The notes beneath the pieces were generated by a model. It did not search any database, had not been told where the DNA came from, and worked only from the letters and a program-made list of their open reading frames with translations. The position numbers were made by a program, and so were the translations under genes. Source: Podarcis melisellensis (Eukaryota). From it: a DNA stretch of 64,000 bases. Location of the stretch: the NCBI GenBank assembly GCA_964234715.1, contig OZ174279.1; one strand, written 5' to 3'. Each line of letters begins with the position of its first letter. Within the stretch, counting starts at the first letter, position 1. This document shows positions 63,881-64,000 of the stretch, piece by piece.

Positions 63881-64000
63881 TGTTTAACATAGGTACCCTT
63901 TATGTGTTAACACACTCACTAATATCGTTCCATTCTGAGCCCTGTGGTGTATACAATGATCGTCCCTTCTACCTGACATTCTCCTACAAACACACACACT

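Overview
This is non-coding vertebrate DNA from a squamate reptile, most likely a lacertid lizard. That assignment is inferred from co-occurring Sauria SINEs, BovB LINEs, MIR-like (Squam3-type) SINEs and a lizard-type MITE set. I found no convincing host protein-coding exon, rRNA or true tRNA gene, so the window looks like a large intron or gene desert. It holds many decayed retroelements (BovB, RTE, L2, CR1, L1, Penelope, SINEs, a possible solo LTR), non-autonomous DNA transposons (hAT with 8-bp TSDs, pogo/Tigger-like with TA TSDs), microsatellites, and repeat-free AT-rich blocks that may be conserved enhancers. The most notable items are: (1) a composite hAT element (33211-34013, perfect 8-bp TSD) that appears to have captured about 0.6 kb of CpG-island/5'UTR-like DNA; (2) a Penelope-derived perfect palindrome (12262-12435) with a minimal hammerhead ribozyme motif on each strand; (3) a hAT element carrying a BovB fragment (36484-37064); (4) an exact 266-bp tandem duplication beside the hAT cluster; (5) complex BovB junctions. 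Family names come from motif recognition by eye, not database searches.
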